A stretch of DNA of 64,000 nucleotides from Thermoplasmata archaeon. Lineage in GTDB: Archaea > Thermoplasmatota > E2 > JACPAO01 > JAHFTW01. The translations under genes were made by a program, and so were the position numbers. Shown here in pieces: positions 1 through 9,530 of this stretch (its first letter is position 1; every line of letters begins with the position of its first letter). The notes beneath the pieces are model-generated. The model was not told the origin of the DNA, did not search any database, and saw nothing but the letters and a program-made list of their open reading frames with translations. The stretch covers positions 224,001 to 288,000 of the forward strand of contig JAXDQS010000001.1 of assembly GCA_034667725.1 (NCBI GenBank), in the 5' to 3' direction.

Positions 1-2
1 GG

Positions 3-2228
3 AGCCTCAAGCGCAGGGACGGCTCGGCGGCCCCGGGCCAAGCCCTGCCGTCGCAGGCGCCGCAGGAGCAGTCCTACGGCATGCCGCTTCTGGCCGAGGA
101 CACGGCGCTTGCGCTGGAGGCCCAGGTCCGCCTCCAGGCCGGCGGCTTCGGCCCCATCCCCGTCCGCGAGGTGTCCCTGACCCTCCAGGCCGCGGTCACG
201 GTGGCCGGCCTGGACGTCGGCAAGGCGTTGGGCGATGCCCTGCACATCCAGGCGCCTGCGTCTGTGGCTCCCGGCAAGCCGGTCGTCGCCCGGCTGGAGT
301 CGCACCTCTTCCAGGCCACGGACGGCGCCACCGGCCTGCTCCCCGTGCCCGACGGCCCCGGCCTGCCCTTCGAGGTGCGGCGCGTGGACTGGACCCTGGT
401 CCCATCCAGCGGGCAGGCCCTCGCCGCCACGGGCGCGGGTCCCACGGTCCGGCAGGCCACGCTCGGCTCCCTGCTGCCCGAGGCCTCCACGGAGGCCATC
501 GTCGGCGCCACCGTGATTGCCGCGGTCGCGGGCCAGGAGTTGGCGGCCCTCCGGCTGCCCCCTGTTCCCATCCAGTTGGGCGGCCTCGACCTGGTGCAGG
601 CCGCCTTGGCGCAGCAGCTCCGCGTCGAGGTGCCGGCGACATCGCCCAAGATCGGGGACCACATCCAGGCGACCTTGACGGGGGCTGGCCTTGACTCCAC
701 CCCGGACGCGCTGGCCGGGACGCTCGGCGGCGACCTGCCGCTGCCGTTCAAGGTGTCCGCGGTCGCCTGGTCCTTGGAGCAGGCCGGCGGCGGCGCCGTC
801 CCGGTGGCGACGGACCCCGAGCAGATGCGGACGCACACCTTCGACGCGCTGCTGCCGGACACCACGGTCCCCTGGTGGGTCCGGGCCAGCCTCACCGTGC
901 AGGTGGACGGGCTGCGCGGCACGCCCGTCGAACGCCAGCTCGAGCTGCGGTCGCGGCCCCTGCGCATCCCTGGTGTGGACCTGGTGCGCGCCGCCGTGGT
1001 CGGCAAGCTCCGCCCGACCATCAAGGGAAACGAAGAGCCCGGCGGCTGGGTGGAGGTCGGCCTCGACGCCGACTTCCCGCTTCAGCCCAACGGCCCGAAT
1101 CTGCGGGGAGTGAGGCTTGGAGTGGGGCGGCCGATGGTCGCCGGCCATCCCGTCGAGATTCTCGTGAGGCTGCAGGCCGGCGGTTCCGGGCTGGCTGGCG
1201 AACGCCCGTGCCTGGCCCGGTCCAAGGACAACCTAACATGGGAGCTCCTGTTCGCGCCGGAGGTGGCCATCCGGCCGGCCGGGCCCGCCACCCGCCCCGT
1301 GAAGGTACAGTTTGGTGTCTACATGCGCCACCCCCAGACGGGCGACGTTGTGACCTTGCACGTGGAACAGTCCGAGTCCATCGTGTTGGTTCCCCCGATC
1401 CAGTTGCCGGCGCTGGCGGCCGCCGTGGAGGAAGGCAAGATCGCCTGCATCGCGGTCCCCGACTACTACCGCTTTTGGCACGTGGACGGCTGGGAAAGCC
1501 TGGCGGACACCCTGAAGGCGGCCCGCAAGCAGGTCGAGGGGGTCCTTGAGGCCCTGCGGGCGAAAGGGGCGTCCACTTCCGACGTCGAGCCCTACTCGGT
1601 GACGGCGGAGGCCCTTCGCCTCATCCTGGACGCCAGCGGGGGCGCGGAGGCGTTCCGCTTCATGCGGAGAACCGGCGACATCTATTCCCACCCGGCCGAC
1701 GAGGACATCAAGGCCGCCCAGAGTTGGCTGCTCGCCGTCCCGCAGTTCGGGGAAAGGATGGCCCTCGTGGCATTCACGCGCAGCACGTTCGGCATGACCA
1801 CCCATGCCCAGATGGGCGGGGACATGGCAAGGGAGGTGGCGATGGCCCGGGGAAGTCCGTTCGACCTCTTGGAGCGCCTTGGCGAGTTGATGAAATCCCG
1901 CTACTTCTGGGACCGCTTCACGCGCCTGCCCAGCGCGCCGCCGGTCCTCATCCGCTACGACCTCCAGAACCCGGATGGCGTCTGGGAGGACGCACGGGCC
2001 CAGTTCGAGGCGGTGTACGCCGAGCCCCAGCCGCCCGTGCCGGCCGTCCGCCTGCTGCCGCCCCGCGGCTACCGCGCCGAATGGGACTTCAGGATGGGCG
2101 GCAAGAAGCGGGAGGGAAGCGCCGACCTGGCATCCGCTGGCAACCCGGACTTCCGGATGACCAAGGGCGGGTGGGACCGGCGTTTCATCGACCAGTTGAA
2201 CCTGTCGCCCCCCGAACCGGAGGCCTGA
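3..2228 (+). CDS. Large hypothetical protein, 5'-truncated by the window edge, with ~120-aa beta-rich repeats
   Basis: Frame open from position 3 to the stop at 2228; recurring LPF(E/K)V..V.W.L and (I/L).G(L/V)DLV.AA segments. Confidence 0.7.
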   Translation, partial: SLKRRDGSAAPGQALPSQAPQEQSYGMPLLAEDTALALEAQVRLQAGGFGPIPVREVSLTLQAAVTVAGLDVGKALGDALHIQAPASVAPGKPVVARLESHLFQATDGATGLLPVPDGPGLPFEVRRVDWTLVPSSGQALAATGAGPTVRQATLGSLLPEASTEAIVGATVIAAVAGQELAALRLPPVPIQLGGLDLVQAALAQQLRVEVPATSPKIGDHIQATLTGAGLDSTPDALAGTLGGDLPLPFKVSAVAWSLEQAGGGAVPVATDPEQMRTHTFDALLPDTTVPWWVRASLTVQVDGLRGTPVERQLELRSRPLRIPGVDLVRAAVVGKLRPTIKGNEEPGGWVEVGLDADFPLQPNGPNLRGVRLGVGRPMVAGHPVEILVRLQAGGSGLAGERPCLARSKDNLTWELLFAPEVAIRPAGPATRPVKVQFGVYMRHPQTGDVVTLHVEQSESIVLVPPIQLPALAAAVEEGKIACIAVPDYYRFWHVDGWESLADTLKAARKQVEGVLEALRAKGASTSDVEPYSVTAEALRLILDASGGAEAFRFMRRTGDIYSHPADEDIKAAQSWLLAVPQFGERMALVAFTRSTFGMTTHAQMGGDMAREVAMARGSPFDLLERLGELMKSRYFWDRFTRLPSAPPVLIRYDLQNPDGVWEDARAQFEAVYAEPQPPVPAVRLLPPRGYRAEWDFRMGGKKREGSADLASAGNPDFRMTKGGWDRRFIDQLNLSPPEPEA

Positions 2229-2237
2229 CGGCGGCAC

Positions 2238-3344
2238 TCACCCGCCCCAGCACGCCCGCAGCCCGTCCAAGCCGGCGTCCGTGCGCACGCCCTGCGCGTC
2301 GAGGTGCGCGCGCGCCGCCGCGAAGCCGGCCGCCCGCAGCCGCGCGATCAGCACGTCGCGGCGCGGCGGCGGCCCCAGCCGCTTCTGGAACAGATCGGGC
2401 TCGACCCAGAACGCGGGCGCGTCCGCCTCCTCGGTGAACAAGGCCAAGAGCGCGTCCGCCTCCTTCGGGCGGGCCAACTGCTTGCCCTCGCGCGCGGCGC
2501 GCATCGCGGCCACCAGGCCGGCGTCGTGCAGCGGGCCGCCCCACAGCGGCCCCGCCCACTTGCCGTCGGGGACCTCGTGCGCCGGCGCCATGCGGCCGAG
2601 GCCGTCGGCGTCCAGCACGGCGTTCCGGAGGCCGCGCAGCCCGTCGTCGGTGTCCTTCTTGCCCTCCTCGACGCGCGCCACCACGCGCATCCAGTGGCCC
2701 GAGGCGATGGAGAGCACGGGAGTCGCGACCCGCTCGAAGCGCGCCGCCGACCGCACCAGCGCGCCGCCCAGCACCCGCAGGCCCACCTCGGCGCGCCACG
2801 GCGCCGGGTGCAGGCCGTGGTGGGCGTCGTAGCGGCGGCGGCAGACGCGCGGGAACTTGCCGGCCAAGGCGCCGGTGTCGGTGGCGGTGGCGCACACCAA
2901 GGCGCCGACGCGGGCGGCGCGCATCGCGGCGTCCACGAACGGCATCGGGCTGCCGCAAGGATCCAGGTCGATGACGTCGAAGCGCTGCGTGGCCAGGAAG
3001 GCGTGCGCGTCGCCCTCGTGGATGCGCAGCCGGGCGCCGACGGGATGGGCACGCATGGCCGCGACGCCGCGCGGGTCGGCGTCGTTGGCGTGCACGATGA
3101 TGGGCGCCTCGACCTCGCCGGTCAGGCGCAGGCTGCGCGCGCCGGTGCCCGCGAGCGCGTCGGCCACGTCGATCTCGCGCCCCCGCGCGCGGGCGAACGC
3201 CTCCACCAGCAGGACCGAGAGGTCGCGGTTGAGCGCCATGCCTGGGTTGTAGAACGGCTGTCCCTTGGCGCGCTCGCCCGGCTGGCGCGGCCCCTTCTGC
3301 AGGTTGGCGGGCGGCGGGAACAGGCGGGTGGCGCCCTCCATCAT
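2238..3344 (-). CDS. trm1: tRNA (guanine26-N2,N2)-dimethyltransferase Trm1
   Basis: FYNPGMALNRD, DALAGTGARSLR, DVIDLDPCGSP, TATDTGAL, GPLWGGPLHD and RTDA motifs; start could be the GTG at 3353. Confidence 0.93.
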   Translation of the reverse strand: MMEGATRLFPPPANLQKGPRQPGERAKGQPFYNPGMALNRDLSVLLVEAFARARGREIDVADALAGTGARSLRLTGEVEAPIIVHANDADPRGVAAMRAHPVGARLRIHEGDAHAFLATQRFDVIDLDPCGSPMPFVDAAMRAARVGALVCATATDTGALAGKFPRVCRRRYDAHHGLHPAPWRAEVGLRVLGGALVRSAARFERVATPVLSIASGHWMRVVARVEEGKKDTDDGLRGLRNAVLDADGLGRMAPAHEVPDGKWAGPLWGGPLHDAGLVAAMRAAREGKQLARPKEADALLALFTEEADAPAFWVEPDLFQKRLGPPPRRDVLIARLRAAGFAAARAHLDAQGVRTDAGLDGLRACWGG

Positions 3345-3375
3345 GCCGTCCACAAGGGGGCCACGACGAGGCGCG

Positions 3376-5316
3376 TTATCGGCTTGATGGCCTCCGCCGG
3401 GAGGGCTTCTTGGGTGGGGCGGAGTTGAGGTTTTCCAGACGCCCTTCGATGTCAGCAATCCAGTCTGCCTGCGGGCCGTGCAGGCGCTTTTCTGCGGCCA
3501 GCGACCGGAGCGTCTGGAGGTTCTCTTCCAGGAGGGTGCGGGTGCGTTCCCGATCAATGCCCGCCTTCCCGCCTTCGGCAAGCATGACGAACCGCATTTT
3601 GGAGACCACGAGGTCCGTCTGCCATTGGGCGTTTGCCTGGTCTTTGGCGGCCAGTCGTTGCGCGATGGCGAGGCTGTCCTGGTAGGCCGTCAGGGCGGCC
3701 GGGAGGTTGCCTTGCGCTTGGAGGATGTCGCCGATTTTGTTGTGGCTGATGCTGAGGTCGCGTTGCCACTCGGTGTTGGCGGGGTCCTTGGCGGCCAGGG
3801 TTTGGCGAAGGGCGAGGCTGCCCTGGTAGGCCGTCAGGGCCGCCGGGAGGTTGCCCTGCGCCTGGTGGATGCCGCCGATCTTCTCGTGGCTGACGCTGAG
3901 GTCACGTTGCGAGTCGGTGTTGGCGGGGTCCTTGGCGGCCAGGGTTTGGCGAAGGGCGAGGCTGTCCTGGTAGGCCGTCAGGGCCGCCAGGAGGTTGCCC
4001 TGCGCTTGGAGGATGTCGCCAATCTTCTCGTGGCTGATGCTGAGGTCGCGTTGCCACTGGGTGTTGGCAGGGTCCTTGGCGGCCAGTCGTTGCGCGATGG
4101 CGAGGCTGTCCTGGTAGGCCGTCAGGGCCGCCAGGAGGTTGCCCTGCGCCTGGTGGATGCCGCCGATGTTGTCGTGGCTGACGCTGAGGTCGCGTTGCCA
4201 CTGGGTGTTGGCGGGGTCCTTGGCGGCCAGTCGTTGCGCGATGGCGAGGTTGTCCTGGTAGGCCGTCAGGGCCGCCGGGAGGTTGCCCTGCGCCTGGTGG
4301 ATGCCGCCGATTTTGTTGTGGCTGACGCTAAGGCGGCGCAGCCAACCGTTGCCTCGGGCCTTGGCCACTGCCGTCTCCGCCACCGAAAAGGCTTCCCTAT
4401 ACGATGCCAAAGCCGCCATCGAATCACCTTGGCTGGCCAGGAGGCCCCCAAGCTCCTCGTGGGCAATCCAGACGGTTTCCGGTTCCCCAAGGCCCTCGGC
4501 AATCGTCAGGAGTTGCTGGTACTGCGCGGCAGCCTTGCCTGAGAGCCCGATGCGTCGCAGGAAGGCCCCGTACTCTTGCAGGAACGAGGGCGCCGGGAAC
4601 GTCGCCACCGCCTTCGCGTAGGCCTCCTCCGCCAGGGTGAACTCGTGCTTGGCCAGATGTTCCCTTGCTTTTGCCTCCAAAACCTTCGCCGCCTGGAACT
4701 GGCGGTTCCCTTCGAGCTTGGCCGGGTCATGGACGACTAGGTCTTTGGAAGGATGTGCGACTGGGGCGATGTCGTTGGTCGGCGGGGCGGCCAACTCCCC
4801 GTCCGCCCTCTTGTCCAGCCAGTTGCAAAGACGCTTCCGAAGCTCGCCCGACCAGTCCTCCTCGCCTTGGTAGCGGGCGTAGAGGGTCTTCTGCTCCTTC
4901 TCAAGCCTCGCCTTGAAGACCAAGACCTTCTGAAGCTGCGGCCCGGCGTCCGCCAACTGGTCGTCCGGGACGCTGCGGAAGTAGACCAGGATATGCTTCC
5001 CCGCCTCCTTGGCGACGTGGAACTCCTCCTCGGTGCCGGACGAGAACTTGTCCGTCGGCGTCCCCCACCGCTTCCAGAACACCAGGACGCAGAGGTCGCA
5101 CTCTCGCACGTCCTTGTTGATGAGATCCTGGGCGCGGGTGCCGTGGCCTGGAAGGGTGTCTTCCCATCCGATGCCCTCCAGGTGGAGGCCTATGGGGTGG
5201 GCCTTCAGGCCGTTGACCTCCTCGATGACACGGGTGAATTGTTTCCGTTCCTCGGGGACGTCGTTGGGGGAGCCAATGAAGACGTGAAGAACCTCGTACT
5301 GCTTGGGACGGGCCAC
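3376..5316 (-). CDS. DUF4062 (TIR/nucleoside deoxyribosyltransferase-like) domain plus TPR-repeat protein
   Basis: N-terminal VFIGSPNDVPEER, CDLCVLVFWKRWGTP and SGTEEEF; C-terminal 48-aa TPR units (WQRDLSISHxKIG..AALTAYQ). Confidence 0.85.
   Translation of the reverse strand: MARPKQYEVLHVFIGSPNDVPEERKQFTRVIEEVNGLKAHPIGLHLEGIGWEDTLPGHGTRAQDLINKDVRECDLCVLVFWKRWGTPTDKFSSGTEEEFHVAKEAGKHILVYFRSVPDDQLADAGPQLQKVLVFKARLEKEQKTLYARYQGEEDWSGELRKRLCNWLDKRADGELAAPPTNDIAPVAHPSKDLVVHDPAKLEGNRQFQAAKVLEAKAREHLAKHEFTLAEEAYAKAVATFPAPSFLQEYGAFLRRIGLSGKAAAQYQQLLTIAEGLGEPETVWIAHEELGGLLASQGDSMAALASYREAFSVAETAVAKARGNGWLRRLSVSHNKIGGIHQAQGNLPAALTAYQDNLAIAQRLAAKDPANTQWQRDLSVSHDNIGGIHQAQGNLLAALTAYQDSLAIAQRLAAKDPANTQWQRDLSISHEKIGDILQAQGNLLAALTAYQDSLALRQTLAAKDPANTDSQRDLSVSHEKIGGIHQAQGNLPAALTAYQGSLALRQTLAAKDPANTEWQRDLSISHNKIGDILQAQGNLPAALTAYQDSLAIAQRLAAKDQANAQWQTDLVVSKMRFVMLAEGGKAGIDRERTRTLLEENLQTLRSLAAEKRLHGPQADWIADIEGRLENLNSAPPKKPSRRRPSSR
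3625..4335. repeat. Five near-identical 144-bp tandem repeats encoding TPR units
   Basis: Anchor gctgag/gctaag at 3751, 3895, 4039, 4183 and 4327, exact 144-bp period. Confidence 0.92.
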
Positions 5317-5405
5317 ATTCCAACACGACTGGCTTCCCCTATATCGTCGGATTGGCTAATGATGGGCCAAATGCCGTTTTCGATACGCACTCTCGCGAGC
5401 GCGCT

Positions 5406-5981
5406 TCATGGCGCCACCGCGGCCGGGCGCATGGACTCGGGGCCGGTGCAAGGCGGCCGCCCCGCGTCGAACGAGGTGCGAATCTCGCCCTTGGGCGGCG
5501 GATCAGGCCAACTGTGGAAGCGGCGGTGCCAGCGGTGGCCGCGCACCAGGTCGTGGAAGAACTTCTCGTGGTCCCACTCGACCTCGGCCATGCCCAAGAG
5601 CTCGTCGGCGAAGTCCGCGCGCTCGGCTTGCAGGGCGAGGCGGGCGGCGACCTCGTACTCCCAGATGTTGCGGCGCTCGATGCGGCCGGCGCCATACATC
5701 GGGACGTACCAGCCGCCGACGAAGCACGAGGCCGCGATGGCGGTGCCGACCGTCCCCATCCAGAGGTCGCGCGGCTTGCCGGGGCGGGCGCCGAGCTCGC
5801 GCATCATCTCGCCGACGCGGGCGCGGTGGGCGAGCTCCTCGCGCATGATGCGCTGGATGTCCACCTTCTGCCCCTTGTCGCGCACCGAGCGCCAATGGCC
5901 GGCGTAGGCGCGCGCCGCCGCCAGCTCGCCGGCGTAGGCCAGGCGGAGCCGGTGCACCAAGGCGTCCCGGGCGGCGGTCAT
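5406..5981 (-). CDS. Ferritin-like di-iron protein (Coq7/demethoxyubiquinone hydroxylase-like)
   Basis: AYAGELAAARAY, EELAH, IERRN..EY and EVEWDH ligand pattern. Confidence 0.7.
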   Translation of the reverse strand: MTAARDALVHRLRLAYAGELAAARAYAGHWRSVRDKGQKVDIQRIMREELAHRARVGEMMRELGARPGKPRDLWMGTVGTAIAASCFVGGWYVPMYGAGRIERRNIWEYEVAARLALQAERADFADELLGMAEVEWDHEKFFHDLVRGHRWHRRFHSWPDPPPKGEIRTSFDAGRPPCTGPESMRPAAVAP

Positions 5982-6014
5982 CCCGGGCTTGGGGGGCCTT
6001 CGCGCCGGAAAAGG

Positions 6015-6281
6015 CTACTGCCGCTCGTGCGGCCGGCCCTCGACGTCGATGACGTCCTCCCGTTGCTTGCGGGCGGACTGGGCGGCGGCCGCGCCGAACA
6101 CCATGCCCCACCTGCGGACCTCGCGGCGCACCTTGCGCTTGACGTACCAGACGGCGAACAGGGCCAGCAGGAACAGGCCGAGGATGGTGCCGCCCACGAT
6201 GGCGGCGACCACGCCGAGGCCGTTGAGGCCCCAGACGGCGATGACCACGATCAGGACAATGAGCAGCAGGACAGGCAGCAT
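6015..6281 (-). CDS. Small two-TM membrane protein
   Basis: Two hydrophobic helices and a charged tail ending DVIDVEG. Confidence 0.65.
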   Translation of the reverse strand: MLPVLLLIVLIVVIAVWGLNGLGVVAAIVGGTILGLFLLALFAVWYVKRKVRREVRRWGMVFGAAAAQSARKQREDVIDVEGRPHERQ

Positions 6282-6326
6282 CGGCTCAGGGCGTTGTGGC
6301 GGTCTTGGGTGATAGCGCTTGCGGGC

Positions 6327-6503
6327 TCAGGCGTGCAGGCGGCGGCCGCTGCGGAAGTGGCCGGTGAGCAGCCCGATGACGATGAGCGCGACCACGACGA
6401 TCAGGATGAGCTTGAGCGTGCCCGCGACGACGTTCATGAACAGCAGCGGGCCCATGAGGACCACGAGCAGGACGATCGCGAGGATCAGCAGCAAGGATGC
6501 CAT
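6327..6503 (-). CDS. Small two-TM membrane protein (58 aa, not in the ORF track)
   Basis: MASLLLILAIVLLVVLMGPLLF...GHFRSGRRLHA; ATG at 6503, TGA at 6327; host-like codon usage. Confidence 0.55.
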   Translation of the reverse strand: MASLLLILAIVLLVVLMGPLLFMNVVAGTLKLILIVVVALIVIGLLTGHFRSGRRLHA

Positions 6504-6560
6504 GATTCTTCTTCGGCGACGGCCCCAGTCAACCCTTTCCCACGGAAGGCGCGGCCCGCT

Positions 6561-7133
6561 TCAGTAATAGCTCGTCTGAAGGTGGTCCTTCATGAGCTTC
6601 TCGATCTTGTAAGGCAGGAGGTTCTTGTTCACCGGCGTGACCTCCAGGATGCGCACGTCGTCGCGGCGCCGCAGGTCCTGCAGGAGCGGGTTGCGGCTTT
6701 TCTTGTGCAGCGTCATGATGACGGGCTTCGGGCAGTCCAGCGCCAGCTTTACGACGTCGTTGAACTTCTCGGAGTGCATCTCCATCTTGCCGACCTCGTC
6801 GATGATGATGATGTCCACCTCCTCGTCCTGGATGGCGTCGCGCACCGCCTTGACCCCGATGCGGTCGAGCGGGTCCAAGTCCACGAAGTAGTCGCCGTCG
6901 TCGGTCTCGGCCTTGTACTTCGTCTTGAACTCCTTGGAGGCGAACACCTCCTTCTCGCCGGTGCGCCAGTCCTCGACGTAGAAGCCGATGCGGACGGTGC
7001 CGTCGCCGGGACGGTAGGCGCGCGTGATCATGCCGCCGACGATGAAGTCGTCGCGCTCGAGCTTGCGGCAGATGGCGGCCAGCGTCGCGGTCTTGCCCAC
7101 GTTGGGAAGGCCCGTGATGCCGATCTTTGGCAT
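6561..7133 (-). CDS. Nucleoside triphosphatase, THEP1/NTPase_1 family
   Basis: KIGITGLPNVGKT Walker A; IIIIDEVGKME Walker B. Confidence 0.92.
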   Translation of the reverse strand: MPKIGITGLPNVGKTATLAAICRKLERDDFIVGGMITRAYRPGDGTVRIGFYVEDWRTGEKEVFASKEFKTKYKAETDDGDYFVDLDPLDRIGVKAVRDAIQDEEVDIIIIDEVGKMEMHSEKFNDVVKLALDCPKPVIMTLHKKSRNPLLQDLRRRDDVRILEVTPVNKNLLPYKIEKLMKDHLQTSYY

Positions 7134-7219
7134 GGTCTCGAACAGTCGACGGTCCCCCGGCTACGCGGCGACGTATGGGCCCCTCATTGAAAAGGGGAAC
7201 GTTGCCGCGACCCGTGCCC

Positions 7220-8077
7220 TCAGGCTGCCGCGACGATGCCGGGCTGGGCCAGCTGGAGCGCCGGCACGAGGCGGCCGGTGGGCGCGTAGCTCGGGCGGCC
7301 GTCCACCTTGGCGGCGTCCACGAGGCCCGCCTGCGCCAGCTTCGCCAGGTGCTTCGACACCGCGGCGGGCTGCAGGTCGAGCTCGGCGCACACCGCGTTG
7401 TGGCGGATGCCCGGCTTGGCGGCCACGGCCGTCGCGATGCGCAGGGCGGTGCCGTTGCGGAGCGCTGCCAGGTCCTCGCGGGCGCGGGACTCGGGCGTGT
7501 TGGCGGCGTAGAGCAGCTTGCGCGGGCCCTGGCGGACGGACACCAGGTGGCCGGTGCCCTCCAGGCGGCGGACGTGGTGCACCAGCGTGCCCCAGGCAAC
7601 GCCGACCAGCTCCTGCAGCTCCTTGAGGTGGAGGCCAGGGCGCGAAGTCACGGCGTCGAGGATGCGCTGGCGGGTCTGGTGCTCCAGCACGTCGTCCTTC
7701 TGGATGCGCGAGAACAGGCCGACGCCCGTGAAGCCGAGCGCCTTCAGGGCCATGATGCCGAGCAGGGCCAGGAGACCGAGGCCGGCGGCGCCGGTGGCGA
7801 CCGCGACCACGGGGTCGACGCGGGGCGGCGCGCTCCGGGACTCAGGCACTTCGATGGGGAGCTCGGGCGCTTGGCTGGGCGCGAGGCCGTCGAGCGGGTC
7901 CACGCCGGTGCCGATCGGGCCGATGGGCGTGTCGGCGGCCACCGCGAGGCCGTCGGCGGTGGCTTGCAGGTCCCCGCCCACCTCGACCTGGGCAGCCAGG
8001 TCCGTCTGCGCCGCGGCCAGGCCGGCGACGGCAAGGAGGGCCAAGAGAGCGATGCTGGGCCAAGCTCGGAGCACCAT
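7220..8077 (-). CDS. Membrane-anchored double winged-HTH transcription regulator (signal peptide, short ectodomain, TM, two wHTH)
   Basis: Signal peptide; TM ending LFSRI; LEHQTRQRILDAV..PGLHLKEL...HHVRRL; second HTH PGIRHNAV...VSKHLAKL. Confidence 0.8.
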   Translation of the reverse strand: MVLRAWPSIALLALLAVAGLAAAQTDLAAQVEVGGDLQATADGLAVAADTPIGPIGTGVDPLDGLAPSQAPELPIEVPESRSAPPRVDPVVAVATGAAGLGLLALLGIMALKALGFTGVGLFSRIQKDDVLEHQTRQRILDAVTSRPGLHLKELQELVGVAWGTLVHHVRRLEGTGHLVSVRQGPRKLLYAANTPESRAREDLAALRNGTALRIATAVAAKPGIRHNAVCAELDLQPAAVSKHLAKLAQAGLVDAAKVDGRPSYAPTGRLVPALQLAQPGIVAAA

Positions 8078-8502
8078 GGTTGTCCCTTCTTCCAGGGACA
8101 TTGTTAAGGCTCTCGTTCCGGGGGTCCCCGCGGGCGTTTTTCCTCCTGTTCCGCGGCCCGATCGGGGCTTGGCCGGGGCTTGCGCGGCGGGGTGCCGGCC
8201 GGGCCGGAGGACAACCTTGGCGGGGCTCTTGGAACGAACGTGGAAACCATGGCGGGCACGGACATGACGCGGGGCGGATTCCGCGCACTTTCCCGCTCTG
8301 TCGCCTCGCTTTATCCCGCGCGCCGTCGAGCCAGGAGACAACCGGGGGCCCGCTTGCACCGCGGACCCCCGGCCCCATTGGCCCCGATCGTCCCAAAACG
8401 AGCCCAGCACCCCCGTGCCGGGTTCGATCCTCCTCTTTTCCTGCCCCAGGCATGACTCTGCCGGTCCATGCCGCCAAATACCTTCGCCGCGTAGGCCGCG
8501 CC

Positions 8503-9465
8503 ATGCGCGCCATCCTGGCCGTGACGGCCATGGCCCTGCTTGCGGGCTGCACCGCGCCCGCCACGGACTCCCTCACGACCGCCCCCGGGGAGGCTGCCGC
8601 CGAGGTTCCGCTGGCCGCCCCCACGCTGCGCGTCGGCGACTGGTGGAACTTCACGGCGCCCGGCCTCGGCCCGTTCACGCTCGTGGTGGCGGCGGACGCC
8701 GGCTCCGATTGGGTGTTCGCCACCGACGACCCGGACGCCGCGTTCTACGACCTGCGCAACGACATCAGCTACCTCGGGCCCCAGCGCAAGTCGGACCTCG
8801 CCGGCTCCCAAGGCACCGAGCGCGTCAAGTTCCTCGACTTCCCGCTCACGGACAACAAGACCTGGACGACGACCTGGGACCATCAGCCCGTGACCGTGCG
8901 CGCCACCCGGGACGGCGACCGGTTCCACCTCCTGGCCTCGAACGCGACCCGGCCCTACGTCGCCTACGACTACGACCCGGCCGTCCGCTGGTTCACCGAG
9001 ATGGACTTCCTCCAGCCCGACGGCTCCTCCTTCGTCATGTCGCTGCAACGCTCCGGCGGCAACTACACCGGCACCCTTGCCCACTGGCAGCTTGACACCT
9101 TGGTCGAGATCCACGGCGACCTCGCCTCGACGCCGTTCGGCAGCCAAGCCTACCAGGTCCCCGCCGGCACCACTGACGTCTGGGTGGACGCCGAGCTGCA
9201 CTGCACGGCCGGCTTCGCAGGCGCCGGCACCGCGCCCGCCCCGTTCGTGGGCAGCCTGGCGGGCACCGACGAGCGCGGCGCCGGCTCGCCTGGCGGCGCG
9301 TGCCCCGCGGACGAGTCGTTCTCGGGCGTCGCCGGCGACGTGCGGCCGGACGCCAGCGGGAGCGAAGCATGGGGCTACTCCGCGGGCGGCGCCGGCGGTG
9401 CTGTGGGCACCATCGACCTCTTGATCCTGCTGCGCACCTTGGAGCGCACGCCCCTGGGCGCCTGA
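8503..9465 (+). CDS. Lipoprotein of unknown function, paralog of 10216-11151
   Basis: LLAGC lipobox; GDWW and SYLGPQRKSDLAGSQG shared with the paralog. Confidence 0.8.
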   Translation: MRAILAVTAMALLAGCTAPATDSLTTAPGEAAAEVPLAAPTLRVGDWWNFTAPGLGPFTLVVAADAGSDWVFATDDPDAAFYDLRNDISYLGPQRKSDLAGSQGTERVKFLDFPLTDNKTWTTTWDHQPVTVRATRDGDRFHLLASNATRPYVAYDYDPAVRWFTEMDFLQPDGSSFVMSLQRSGGNYTGTLAHWQLDTLVEIHGDLASTPFGSQAYQVPAGTTDVWVDAELHCTAGFAGAGTAPAPFVGSLAGTDERGAGSPGGACPADESFSGVAGDVRPDASGSEAWGYSAGGAGGAVGTIDLLILLRTLERTPLGA

Positions 9466-9530
9466 CGCCCTCGATCGCCGCGGGACGCATCGTCAAGTCC
9501 CCCGGGGCTTCGGGTGGGGCGAGGCGCCCC

